64,000 nt of DNA, from contig CM120647.1 of NCBI GenBank assembly GCA_051362555.1, positions 9,362,001 through 9,426,000 of the forward strand, given 5' to 3'. The stretch comes from Lingula anatina (taxonomy: Eukaryota > Animalia > Brachiopoda). The notes below the pieces were generated by a model that did no database searches, had not been told where the DNA came from, and saw nothing but the letters and a program-made list of their open reading frames with translations. This document shows positions 1-13,407 of the stretch, piece after piece (position 1 is the first letter of the stretch; every line of letters starts with the position of its first letter). The translations under genes were made by a program, and so were the position numbers.

Positions 1-3000
1 ACGGCAGCTCTCAGTGGACCTTCCCAAGGGGCCGCCAATGGCGCCGAGTCGACCATGTTGGAGGACAGACGGGAAAGCGAGAGTGGTGAGTATTTCATTT
101 TTTTCTTTTCTAATACGACAGCACTACCACCTTTGGCTTCTTTTTTGTGGACAATTCTAGCCTAAGAATACAATTTAGGACACAGAAAAACCATATCGTT
201 GGATGAAATTAATAGAAATGAATATATAATATGATGGCCTATATTATCGACAGAAATTTCTTGTGCTAGAACGATAGACTACAATAAAGATAAGCGGTTT
301 TAAACTCGTTTTAATTTAATTGTTATTTTATGTTTGGCATATACAGATAGGGCTCTTTTTAATTGCATAAATTCACATTTGCTAACTTCCATGTTCACGA
401 TTTATGACGTCGTATATATCTTGAAACTAAATTTTGATTAAAATTTTATAAATAGATCGTCAGATAAACAAGAAATAGATAAACTAATAACACTAAAAGA
501 TTATTGCACACATTTCAGACATGATTGAAACTCAATAAAGGGAATTAAATTCTTGAAAAGACAGCCGATTAAAGTTTTTTTTATAAAAAATTGGACTCAT
601 AGTTTAATACGAAATAAATTCAGAAAATAACATTAAATAAAATAATGAAAGGTATTTTGTTAGAGTAAATCCAGTTTATAGTAGCTATAAGCCTCGTGGC
701 TGAATAGGGCGATAACTTTAGGCAGTTTTAGAAATGTGACTGCATTACGTCACCGTTACCACTCAAAACAATCGGTTTGCAGTGACATAAATTCCAAAGA
801 AAATATCGTTGACATTTGTGTTTATTTGACAGTTACAATATTTAGTAAATTTGACGAAAAAAACAGGAATATATGTCAAGTATGTAGCGATAACATGTTA
901 AACAACAACAATTATTATTATTACTACCAAAATTAAATGACGATAATTATAATTTTGATAAATACTACATCGGGAAAATTGTTTTGATATAAAACTTACT
1001 TTTGGTCTTCACCAGTTGCATGATGAATGCTGAAATATAATATGACAAATTTAAAGAATTTGCATCAAACAAAATAACACTTTTATCGGAGTTACTGTTT
1101 GAAACAATTCACATTATATCTAGGTGTTCAAAATCATGACATAGGCGCCAATTTAGAAAAGCCAAAACTGTTTACAAAAAGCTAAGAAAATATATGGGTC
1201 ATTCATGCATCAATACAACGAATAAATACATTCATCTACATCCATATATGACATATCTCATACAATCTAAAACCTCGTGGCCTAGTTTCGTCTAAATGTT
1301 TACAAGATATCGGGATAATTAACTCTCCAGTAATATGCCATGGCGGCCAGTATCACCAATGACCTTAATCGCTACAGTGGGAGCAGATATCGTGTCTTAA
1401 GTACAGTTAATCATTGCTTAAGATTAGGAGAAAATCATTAAATTTTTGAGGGGCAGACCTTTTGGTGAAACGACTGGTGTTTTAATTTGCGAAAGATGTT
1501 TTTGAATAAGGAAATATTGATAAATGTATGCATTTGGATTGTAGAAAATTGAAAGGAATTTTTATGTCTATTTGATTTGAATGAAATAAAAAGCTAAATA
1601 AATGAAATCGCTCATATTTAAAGATATGTATGTCGTAATTGTAAAATAATAATTGAAGAATTTCTGTTGTTACGATGATATACATTAAAAAATGTACAGA
1701 TAAAAACAGATTATTTGGAATTCTAAAGTAATTTATATTGTAATTTTTGTTTTTGTCCGTTCTTTTAATGTGATTGAAAAGGAATGCTACACCTTTTCCT
1801 AATCAAATCTGTTAACATTAAAGTGATAAAACAATTGGACAATGAATAAAATGTGTTGCATATATTAAATACATACTTAAATATATAATCAACAGGCTTA
1901 TTTCACAAAATGGAGTATAAATTTCACAGTTCTAATTGAAACTTCGTATTTAAATCAAATCAATATGATTTTGTGATAAAATAATTCCAAACAAAAATAT
2001 TTTCGAATATTAAAAGTGCTAAATAAAGTTAAATAAGAGTCATAGTCAAATTATTAAATAGCATGACTGTCAATGATTTAGATATAACCATATGGATAAG
2101 TCATAGATAATTTTTTCTGTCAATGACTAAGTGGTTTTGAGGGACAAATATACCTGGCAGTCCCATGGCTATCCTTAGTTGACGCCATTTGTTGAAAACG
2201 AAGCACGTGGAATTTTACGTAATAAGTTATCAAAGCGGTTAACGAAAAAGATGAAATAAAATTGACAGAATAAAAATGAAGTTGTAGAAAAAGATTTTGA
2301 AGAGAGTCAAAGAAAGCTGTGCAGGGAATATTGTAATTGTCTTTAGTTTGTGGAACATTACATTAACTGTATAAACAAACATTGTGGTGAATGGAAAAAT
2401 AGTGCTTTGAATATAACCACGAGATAAACAAAATCCCTGGTTTTGCATAAGGAAGCGAAGTGGGGTTTTCACCTTCAGGAAGAAGGAACGAGGAAGACAG
2501 ATTTCAATGTCACGAAAATGTTTATAAATCGCGGCTCCAAAAATTTAGATCTAAATTTATGAAAATGCGTCATTTTGTGACGGGAAGTAAATGATAGAAG
2601 AATTTTACGTAGTGTCTCCGCCACTGGTGGTTCACTTTCTCCCCGGCCTGACATGTAGTGTATATTTGATTTAATTTATAGTATTTACAAAAGCAGTAAA
2701 AAATAACAGATCAAACATTAACCTACATGGTGATGAAAAGAGTTATGTAGTTATGATTATTGATGAATATAAAATATTTGTGTGCCGTCATTCTTTCATT
2801 TGAAAATATACGAATAAAAATAAATGTCCTAAAAGAGTAAACTTAGTGTTTATAAAAAAAAAAAAAAAATTAGAACACTGTTTCAAAGGTACCATTTAGA
2901 AAGCTTTGACTATCACCTAATCAGCAAAAGGGTGCGTCTTTAGTATAATCACAATACAAGTCATCACATTGCTCCAAATGAGCCGTGTTGGAAGCTTTGA

Positions 3001-6000
3001 ACGCCAGTTAACAAGAAAATCACCAATAAAACATGCAGCACTATACTAGACCGCTCTCAAAGCTAGGCCCCCAACTCTTAAAACCCACACCAGAGACGCG
3101 AACAATGGCTTTAATTTCGCCCGGTTCCCAGGTTCATAAAATCCGTGGTAAATATTGACACAATTTGAACGCTATTCATCATTATCAGCTCGCGGCCCGC
3201 GCTATCATGGCCTTATCAGTGGGGAAGAGAGAGAGCCTTGTACGCGGCGGGGGACTAGGGGACCACGGGACGCTGAATGAGAGAGCGTCGAGGACTTAAC
3301 GTCAATCAATCATCCGGGTGGACAATTGGTGGATGTTGGGATGGGTAGGGGAGGTTAATCCCTTTGGTTTGTCCTTGGGGACGAGGTGATCGAAAGGGGG
3401 GGGGGTGAAGAAAATGATGCATACCTTTTTATGTTGAATTATGCCGGTGTGGGTAAAGCTTTCTATAAGAACTCTAGATAGGATATTTTAAAATGAGACA
3501 TTTGTCTGCAAATAATTGTGACGGAAAATTATTACGTGAGACAAATATTTGGCCAAACATGGTGACAGATAAAGGGAATTGTAGGGAAAAAGAAAATAAA
3601 AATTATTATTTAACGAAATTCGATATTGTGTGTAGTAACCTTAACATTGTTTAGTTGGATAGAAATATATTGATAACATTGTATAATGTACCCTTTATTA
3701 ATCCGTAAATAAAAAATTACGGAAGTTTTGGAAGAATGCCAGTCAAAAGGTTTTGAGTGGAAAAACATTTGAGAAAGAAAATTCTACACTATGAAGGAAA
3801 TTCATTTTTGTTATCAGTTCTGCAAACTTTACCCAATGTAGTACAGGAATATTTGACCAAATATGTAATTCAAATATATGGAATTTTGTGACAACAAACT
3901 CTATTAAAAATAAACAAAAACAATAACTGTAAACAAAATCCTTGTGGAAGTTAACGCAGAATTGTTAACTATAAATAATATTTTATTTTGTTTTCGTTGA
4001 AAAACGTAACAGCCAATTCACCACAGAATAATCATATCACAAATGGAATCCGCATTTTGTCATTATCGGTTTGTGTTCTAAATATTCATAAGATTTCCCT
4101 GACCCCATGGTGTATATAGAGGACAGCAAAGGAACTCTAACTGCGTGTAAGTATATGAATTCATAAGTTTCTCCCTATTGTCCAACCCCCCAAATATGGT
4201 CCTCTCCCCACCACCCCCCTAACCACCCGTATACACTCCCTTTACTTGACATTTCTGATTTTATGAACATTTGTACCATCAAATATGTGAAAGCATACTA
4301 TAGTATAATATTCCAAACTGCCAAATAACCTACTCACCTTCTCCTATTTCTAATTCAGCCATTTTGAAATATATTTAATGAGCCTTTATGATTTCGATTT
4401 GCCATGTATAACCATTCAATATTCGGGGACAAATCATTATTAAAAATATATATATATGAAAATATGTGACCTGAAATGTTTATGTATTTAAAAAAACCTG
4501 TTAGTGTGTCTCTCGAAACACAAAACAATGTACACACTATTGTAAACCAAACGATGATATAAATTTAATAGAAACTACTTGTGCTATCAATTTAATTGAG
4601 GTTGCACTTGATGTTCCTGTTTCGTTCACTGATCGTATACATTTAACGGGACTCTGTTCCCACTTAAAGTATGTGTTCATAACAGAAAGTAAACAGAATT
4701 ATTCCATGTTATTTGAGTTTCAGTGTTAGACAACAGACTGTATCTCTTTAATTTATTTCAGTGTCTTATCATTCATGCGACAGACGCGTTAAACTGTATT
4801 TCTAGTGTTGAAACAACATATTAGTAATATTTTTGGTGAAAATATGCACGTTTTTGTCGATCTTGGTCAATGCCAATTTTCCGTAAGGAAATTTTGAATA
4901 TCATTTTCAATATCATTCACATATTATCTGAAAGTTCTAAATAAGTGGATACCATGACAATGATACAATTTAATTACAATTTACATGGAAACTAATTTTA
5001 TATTGGTGACCGTTTTCTTTAATGGGCAATGATTACCATTACCAGTGCCTCTGCCAACAGATCTTTGAAATATGAAAGAGGACATTCAACTTTAGCACAG
5101 TGTCATCCAGGGTTAATGCAGGAAAACATTTTTTTTTATTACTGAATTATGGTTTTATGACAAATGAGTAGACACTTCACCTTTTTCCCGGTCCTATAAA
5201 AAGGCTGCATTTAGAATCATAACTACCGGGTTCTCGGGATAGGTTTGTCGCCTGGTACGGTTAGGAGCAAAGAGTGCGTGTGATGAAACAAAATTAGTAA
5301 CACGTGATAGATCACAAAAGGGTAAAACTGTCGCTGGAATGGTATAATTCTTGTATCTTTAGCGTGTTCTCGTTTGCGTCATTTCAACACGGCTTAGGAT
5401 TGTTTTCGAGTTAGAACAGACCTTCAGAACAAAAGTTCTTAATCCTTTCACCATTAAGCAGTTGTTCGACTTAAGTATTGATGTTTAAAATATATGTTGT
5501 TTTAAAGCACTATAGGTTATATATTTCAACCTTAGGACTATAAAAATGGAAAAAAAGTAACTTTTCTCTACCCGCGAAGCTCTTCCAGACATACAACATC
5601 ATGAAGTGTAAGGCAAATACTCTGCAACTTTCCTAAGTGCCAACTTGAAAAAGCAATAAAATACGAAAGCACTTAGGACGTGAAGGAAAAAGATGAAAAA
5701 TGGCATATGTCAGGTTTTCCCACCAACAGCGTCAGTTTGTAGATGTTTTCTTGAAGAATGGCTGAAACCGGGGAAGTACAATGCAATTTTTATTAAAGCT
5801 TGAATATATCCCAAACATTATATACATTTTCTATTGCGTCTAGTTTTACAGCCTAAAATCTCGAAAGGGCCACATTCATAACGAAAGGTATAGTCTCATG
5901 AAAAATGGTCTTTTTTATTTATAAGTTTGATTCCAACATTAAAAACAAGCAATTGTCCTAAATATTTTCCATTTTACCTTCAGTTTTCTGTATTTGTGAG

Positions 6001-9000
6001 TCCCCATGATATATGCACTGATTTGACTTTGTCTCTTTCCCGCTTCCGTTATGTACATGTTTATATTCTAAGTATGCCATCAAACAAATACAATATAATT
6101 AAACAACTCACACAGTTCGGGAATAAGATTGTATCAGCTAGCGTCCTAATTGATTGACATAACTGGAATTGTGGCATTTTGCTTAGTTTATGTACAATAG
6201 AATGAATAAGGAGAACTCTCTTATTGTATTACAATGTATTTTGCCACTAACAATGGCGGATGTACATGTAAGGTTGCGAAAGGGTAGGCGATTGCAATTT
6301 ACTCTTTGCACCCCCCCTCCCCAATGGGAAAAATTTGTTGCAGTTCAAGCACTTTACTACAGAGTAGGATATTTTGGCTATTTTAGAAAGTGGGAAATCT
6401 GCCATTTTGGTTTTGAAAGAGCCCTGCCTCTTATGGTGTCTAAAGTTGAAAGTTATGCCAAAAGGTACATGACCGTACGTTTTGCATACAATATTGATAA
6501 TTCAGCGTTCCCATTAAAACATGGCGCCCATTAAAAGTAGGTCGCGTGTAACAATCTTATGTTTGGACAATGATTGCACACACTTTATATTCAAGTTGTG
6601 AAAAAATACCATTGAGAATATCCAACATGACTGTGAACATTTTCTTCAACGTACTTAAACAAGAACAGCTAAATCAAATGTAATCAATAATGGATGACAG
6701 GTAGAAAAAATCTTCCGATTACAATGTTAGCATATATCGTAATGATAGAAAACTTGTGTAGTGATTTTATCTTTATAAATATGGTAGTTATGGCATGCCA
6801 TAAAATAGTCCATTTTTCCGGGAACTTTTAAATAGAAGATGTAACAGTAATGACATGTTAACAATTTTTTGGCTATGTTTTCGCCGTGTACTTTTATTAC
6901 TGTTTTGGCAACATTAATAAGTTATGGTAAGAAAGCAAGATCTAAAACATTCTTTTTAATAAAAGTTACAAAGCAACGACCCTTTTTTCCTCCTCTTCTA
7001 ATAACCACCTCCCATATCCGTTCTTTCTCTTTCCATTTAATCCCAAAACGGCACCCTTTTCCCGAAAACCCACACCGTGTTATTGCAGCAATTGCGATAT
7101 GTTTGCTCTGTGTGTTTCAATTTCAACAGTTCCCTATCCACGGATTCCAGGGTGTCAGTGCACACCATAGTCCCTGTGTCTCTCAACTGTCAACACACGC
7201 CGCTGTCGGTCAATATGAGAATTCCACAGCGACACGCACGTTGCGTTTGTACACGGGGTAACCCTCCCGCGTGTTTTGGCAGTTTTGAGCCTAAAGTATA
7301 CATAAGCTTTATTGTACATAAACTTCGCCACATACCGTTGTTTTTGCAGCCGGCCCATTTAAATGGCCAGTTTGTGTGGAGATGCAAGACTTGATTGGTG
7401 GTAATTGGGTTTTGTAACCCATTTGGTGTTATTTGGTGGAAGGGTAGTCTAAATTAAACCAAGCTGTCGAAAATTTAATGTTGATGAATGTTGGATTATT
7501 CTGGACTGGTTTTAGTGACAGATGTTTCTTTTGCTCTTACGGAACATGTAACAGAAGTATGTCTGTAAATTTGTTAAATTTCATATGGTAACTCAAGTAT
7601 AACTTGTGGCAGATGAATTATTAACAATGCTTGTTATTTACGTTTTTAGAATTGGATTTTTTCTCTTTTCTTGGAAATATAAAATGCAACTTGCCACACA
7701 CCCCTACCTTCACTTGAAATCAGTTTCATTTTCTCTTGTCAGTCTAGCGAAACCACAAAAATGAAACCTGTTCTTGTTCACATATGCGCGAGTATGCTGG
7801 GGAAATATATTTACTTGTAGAACAAGGATAGACCATGAACCCATGGCTTGCATATTTATACCGGCTTCTAATTCCAACTTTCATTTGGGCTTTATTAAGC
7901 AATATCTCTGTGGCTTTGCGTATAGGCAGGTAGCTATTTTTAGTCAACAGAATTGCACAGTGTCTCTGTGAAAGTAAAGAGACATTGCAGATGTTTTGAA
8001 TCAATATGGCCTCGTGGGGAGGGGAGTGATTGCCCTATCACAACCATTGCGACACAAGGATACCTGTCGCAACTAACACAATCAAACTTCAAGTAACAAG
8101 TCTGATTTCATTCTTAAGAATTTAATTTAGACATTAACTGGCAACAATTAAAAAAGAGGAAGCGAGGCGGGGACATTCACCTCTCTTGACAAGGAAAAAA
8201 TATATTTTTTGAATGGCTATAATTTTTTATTATAGAAAAAAATCGTCATTTATTCCAGACGAGTACGCCGAGTATTCCACGGAACCCAGGGAGTGTGTGA
8301 ACTGCGGTGCTATCCAGACCCCATTATGGCGACGTGACGGCACGGGACACTATCTTTGCAACGCCTGCGGACTGTACCATAAAATGAGAACGGTAAGACG
8401 GACGGAAGACTGTTATGTTTAAAATGATTTTTAAGTTGGGTTATTTTGGCATAATGGTTTTTGTGATTTAAACGTGACTTGATGGGGAGAAGAGAGAAAT
8501 ATTATTTTTATGACTTAAATTTTAAATAATAGAGGTCGGATTAGAGATCTTGGTTTCAGCACGTTGATGTACTATTTACTCTATCACACACACACGTGCA
8601 CGCACGCACGCACACACAAACACGTATTAGTGTTCGTATTCCGGACAGGACATTTGCACTATTAGACTATATTGACTTAAGCCCCATTTACATAGGCACC
8701 ACTGATCTAAGTGCAACGACTTTTGCTGAATGCAATCAGTTTAACAGATCAACACGCCTCCTCCTGGCGTTTAAGAGAACACAAAAAAGCTGGAGATTAT
8801 ACGAGTTCGTTAGAAACAAGAGGAGGCGCGTCATTCAGTTAAGCTGATTGCACTCAGCGAGAGCCCCCTCAGAGTTGGGTCGAGCCATGTAGACCGATGG
8901 TGTCGATGGGAATGGGGTCTTAGTCATTTCCTTTAACCAATGTCTCCACCTAGTCTGACTGGAAAAGTGAAAGTGTGCCTGGCTAAAACTCTTCTTTCGG

Positions 9001-9510
9001 ACAAAATGCCACTTCACAATTAGCTTTGCAGTCACTTCCTCCATCGGCTCAAATCTCCACGCGGGTTGAATATTCAAACTTTGTACCCTGTAGGTAAACA
9101 ACGGCCTCACTAGTCCGATGTTGAAGTCGTCCAGCCCCAGCCAGTTACATACGCTGCCCAGTGGGTACCTTACTCCGACCACCCAGCCAGGCGGGGTGAT
9201 GCCCAACAGCCTGCCCTCCACTGTGGACGACATGGGGCAGAACTCCCAGGCCTATAACAAGGTAATTGGTTCGATTTGGAATGAGAAGTCTCTATACACC
9301 GGACATATTGTGTCTCTGCTGTTGGGCTGCGTAGACAGCAGGAACTGTCGTTTTGGTACGTCTGTAGACCTCCGTACTTTGATTTAACAATCAAAATTGA
9401 TGATTAGACGGGTTTGGGATTTTAACTTCGATGGGCGCAGTATTTCGTGCGTATCCTTGATCTTATTTTGCATATTTGTGAAGATGTGTGCGCGCATGTG
9501 CCTGCATGCG

Positions 9511-9541
<31 letters not shown>

Positions 9542-9589
9542 GCGCCCCCGTGTGTGTGTGTATGTGTGTGTGTGTGTTCTTGTGTGTGT

Positions 9590-9623
<34 letters not shown>

Positions 9624-12600
9624 CTAGCAATGATATTCTAGCTACATATATCGGCTGGCCAATAATGCACCGCGTGTAACGACACATGAATATACTTTCT
9701 TGGGAAAAAGACAAGGATGGAAAAGGACACTTTACTGTACTCTTTCCAAGCACTGTCTCTCGGATTTCGTTTCATTTTGACCGAACTGACAATGTATATG
9801 AACCGAGCAGCAAAAATGCAGATAATGCCGCGTATAGCTTGCCATGTTGCATCATTATGGATCTGCACGAAGCGCATATGTAAATGTCTCTATCACCCGG
9901 ACACACACATATCGCCATCGGCACGTCTAGGTGCGTACACACGCAGACCTAGGTTACAGTCGACCGGAAATTGACTAAAAAGCGTCATAAGAGGTCATAA
10001 CTCCGTCATTGGTATTCACTCATTCATTCATTCATCCATTCATTCATTCGTTCACTCGTTCATTCATTTATCCATTCAGTCAGTCAGCCATAAAGTCAGT
10101 CATTGAGTCAACCAATCAATCAATAATTCTATTTATTTATTCCTCAGTTTATTTGTTCATATATTCATCCGTGCGTATATTCATTTGTTTTTTCGTTTAT
10201 CTAAACTACATATAAAGTAGGTACGTACATATATCATTGCCTCTATTTGATCGATTAATTTAAATATATGGAATGGTTTAATATCCATTCTTTAATAAAA
10301 CTAATGCTTATAATCCTACATATATCTGATAGTATCCATTGTTTCAGGGCGGTGGTGGCGGGGGCAGTAGACGAGCGGGCCTCTCGTGCGCCAACTGCAG
10401 CACCACTACCACCACGCTATGGAGGAGAAACAACGAAGGAGAACCTGTGTGTAACGCGTGCGGCCTGTATTATAAACTTCACCAGGTAAGAGACGGGTGG
10501 GGATAAACTGAGGCCCCGTGTTTGTAACTTAAAAGACAGTTATTCATTCGATTCATACAGGTTAGGGTTAGCTTGACGTAAGTGGGTCAAAATCTGGGAC
10601 GGGGCTTATCCTGTGCAAGTCAATGGGAACCCGGTTTGTATCGCAGGGGACTCTACGGTACATGCGACCGATCATTATATGATAAAGGAACAGTACAGGA
10701 GAGATTTGTGTTGAACCTAGGACGCAAGAGGTTGCACTTAAGTAGGTTTGAAATGGCGTTTTTAGTGACAATTTAGATCCTTACAACTGGAGATCTTGTA
10801 GAAAACAACATCGTACACATAATGACAGTGCTCAGTGTCTGTTAATAGAGACATTTATATATGTACGTATATAGTTATGGTAGACAATAAAAATCAATAT
10901 AATGACTTTGTTCATATTAATATTGTTTTAGATTTACGTTGTGTAAAGTCGACACTGGCATATCAAGGGCTATGTGTCAAAATCTGATATTAACACTATC
11001 AACTCAACAAACAAACTGGAAGTTAATCCTCTTGAAATCCGGTCCGTATCCGTGTACCCTGACTCTTAACGCGCGCACATTTTCCTAATAAGAAGTGCAG
11101 TATTGATATTTTTTACGCAAGTTATAATGGCAGTTGAAATATCAAAATCTATAGACAATTTGATGGCTCGTTATACGTTCGTTCTTGATTTGAATTACCA
11201 CAAAGCATATGCTGATGAAATACGTATGAGAAAGGGAAAGTTCAGGGGATTTTAAGTGATAGCCCTTCCTTTTTTGATCGGCAAAAGCTTGTACCTATAT
11301 GATAAAAGTATGTTGCCCCTTTTCAAGACCTGTATTTTATCTTAGTTTAAATGTGAAAATACGTATACACGTAGAGGTTCTTAACCAGCTTAAGCCAAGT
11401 AGAGTAATTGCAGTCTTAGACCCCATTTCCATAGATTAGATCGACCTACTTTAGATCGACCTAACTCCCTGGGGGTTCACGCTAAATAGCTGTCAGCCGA
11501 GCGGACACGAAAGTTAATTACCTCCTTACAGCTTGTAGGGACGGACATTTAAGTCGGATTATCTGAAAGTAATCTAGTGAGACTCCCCGCGGGGATAGAT
11601 CGATCTAAAATCTATGGGAATAGAGCCTTATGTAGCACATTAATATTCAGTGGATATATTTTAAGTTAAGAATTCGATATCGAGGTCATGGATTTGTAAA
11701 GCCAGTTGGTATATTGTTGAGTATTTATAGGTAGATTATTTTAGATATTGTAGAAAATGATTTGTTCGTGTGGATGTCCCGTTCTTGGGATATCTCTTAT
11801 TATATTACGTGACAAAGTTTCATACAGGGATTCTTTAACATCGTTTTAACAAGGTCACGATTAAATAACAATGTAATATAAAAAGTTATATTTAAGGTAA
11901 GTCGACCAATTTCTATGCGCAAAGATGGAATCCAAACCAGAAAAAGAAAACCAAAAACTCTGAGGTCGCCGAAGTCGCCATCTACCGGCAATAATTCATC
12001 AGGTGAGATATGATAATGTGGCGTGTCTCACCTATAGCAATTTATCGTTGTGGCTGATTGTCTTTTAGAACATTCCGGCTGATACCGTAGATCTAAATCT
12101 TACATGTAAGACACATTTACCAAATAATGTTTTGTATTCTTTAGCTTCTTTTGGATAAGTTAGTTTCCTCAACTTTTGCATATTCCATAAACAATTCAGT
12201 ATATTCCATTTCCAGTTTAAAAAAAAACTTTTCCTTTGCGGCATTCCTTTCCATACTGCCAACAATGATTCAACTGTGCATATGTGCCTCACAAACTAGC
12301 GTGCATACACTTTTATTTTACCGAGATTGTACTTACTGATCTGTAGGCTACTGTTTTATCCTTATCTTCATTTTTTTAAAGAAGACCCTTCCAAAAGAAA
12401 CTTAACGCGGTTCTAGCTGTGAGACTGGTATAACGTCTCCATCTTTACACACACACAAAAAACAAGGAAATCCCCATTTCACCGTGGTTTCGTTTTCTTT
12501 CAGAAATGAAAGCGATGCAGGCTGCCTCCTTGCCCACCGTACCGACGCCTTACCAGACATCCTCCAGTGTGTACGGGCCATTCAGCAGCATGGGGGTGCC

Positions 12601-13407
12601 TCATGGCATGATGATACCCTCAGCGCCATCTGTAGGCGTCGGTAGGTATTACTATAGGTTGTAAAAATGGTAATATTTATTGGGCAATGTGTGTCCTATT
12701 TTGATTAGTAGGGGTAGCTATAAAAGTGAAGTACGTGGAGTGCAAAATGTGGAAAAGGCTAAAATGAGATAGAGTGAAAGAATTTAGTTTGAATGCAGTC
12801 GTATTTTTAAAAAAGTGGGCCTAATTGAAGAAAATGACGGTTTGGTTTTTCATGTACAGACCTCACTGAGTGTACTAGTTACATATAGCTTCAACAAGCT
12901 GTATCACAGAATATTTTAGATGATAATATGCCGTTCTAGTTTTGAGTCACATAAGAAAACGCATTAAGTCAACATCGTGTTACAGGTACGATACCCGGCA
13001 GCAACCGCTACCAGAACGTGAACGTGCAATCCAGTCCTGTCTCCATGTCCAGCCAGCAGACGACAGCATACGGGCAGATGACAGTGGGCCACATGCACAC
13101 GAGATCAACCCCGGAAGTGACGTCAGGTTACACTGCGCATGCTCAGTATAAAAATCCCGGCATGCAGCTGCCGACCACGCTGACCACGTATCCTGGCATG
13201 GTGGGAAGTATGTCGGATCATCTCCCGCCAATCTACGTCAACCCGTCTCCGCCCAAGGCTGTGCCCGTGAACCTGGATACGGAAACCCAGAGACACAGCG
13301 GCAGCGAGAGTCACGTGACAACTGGAGAAACCGCGCAGGCGCAGGAGACTTCTGGGGAGATGAGGGATATTACTCCACTGAGACCTGTAGAAGCTAGCAC
13401 AGGATGA
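1..13407 (+). CDS. GATA4/5/6: GATA4/5/6 (pannier-like) zinc-finger transcription factor, 5'-partial, 7 exons in window
   Basis: Exons <1-85, 8259-8392, 9094-9261, 10348-10485, 11897-12002, 12504-12641, 12986-13407, all GT-AG and phase-compatible. N-finger [34 protein letters not shown]-finger [40 protein letters not shown] followed by [20 protein letters not shown]. The C-finger residues fit the 4/5/6 class better than 1/2/3. Confidence 0.93.
3095..3220. promoter_or_regulatory. Candidate intronic enhancer of the GATA gene
   Basis: Three WGATAR sites within about 40 bp (TTATCA 3182, CTATCA 3202, TTATCA 3213), plus Sox-like AACAATG (3101) and Fox-like TAAATATTGAC (~3149) in a locally GC-richer patch. 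Motif evidence only. Confidence 0.35.
9511..9620. repeat. Compound microsatellite (CT)n-(GT)n-(GA)n
   Basis: Directly visible dinucleotide runs. They generate several spurious ORFs. Confidence 0.95.
11419..11627. mobile_element. MITE family A, PIF/Harbinger(Tourist)-like, copy 1
   Basis: Imperfect TIRs GACCCCATTTCCATAGATT...AATCTATGGGAATAGAGCC flanked by TTA/TTA. Homologous (inverted) copies at 34626 and 62901. Confidence 0.8.

Noticed and set aside
6869-7394. Overlapping ORFs in the GATA intron as an alternative coding exon
   Set aside because: No GATA-like or other motif and no convincing splice-site pair. It could be regulatory, but this is unsupported.
9397-9974. Cluster of overlapping ORFs
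   Set aside because: They are products of the CT/GT/GA microsatellites inside a GATA intron.
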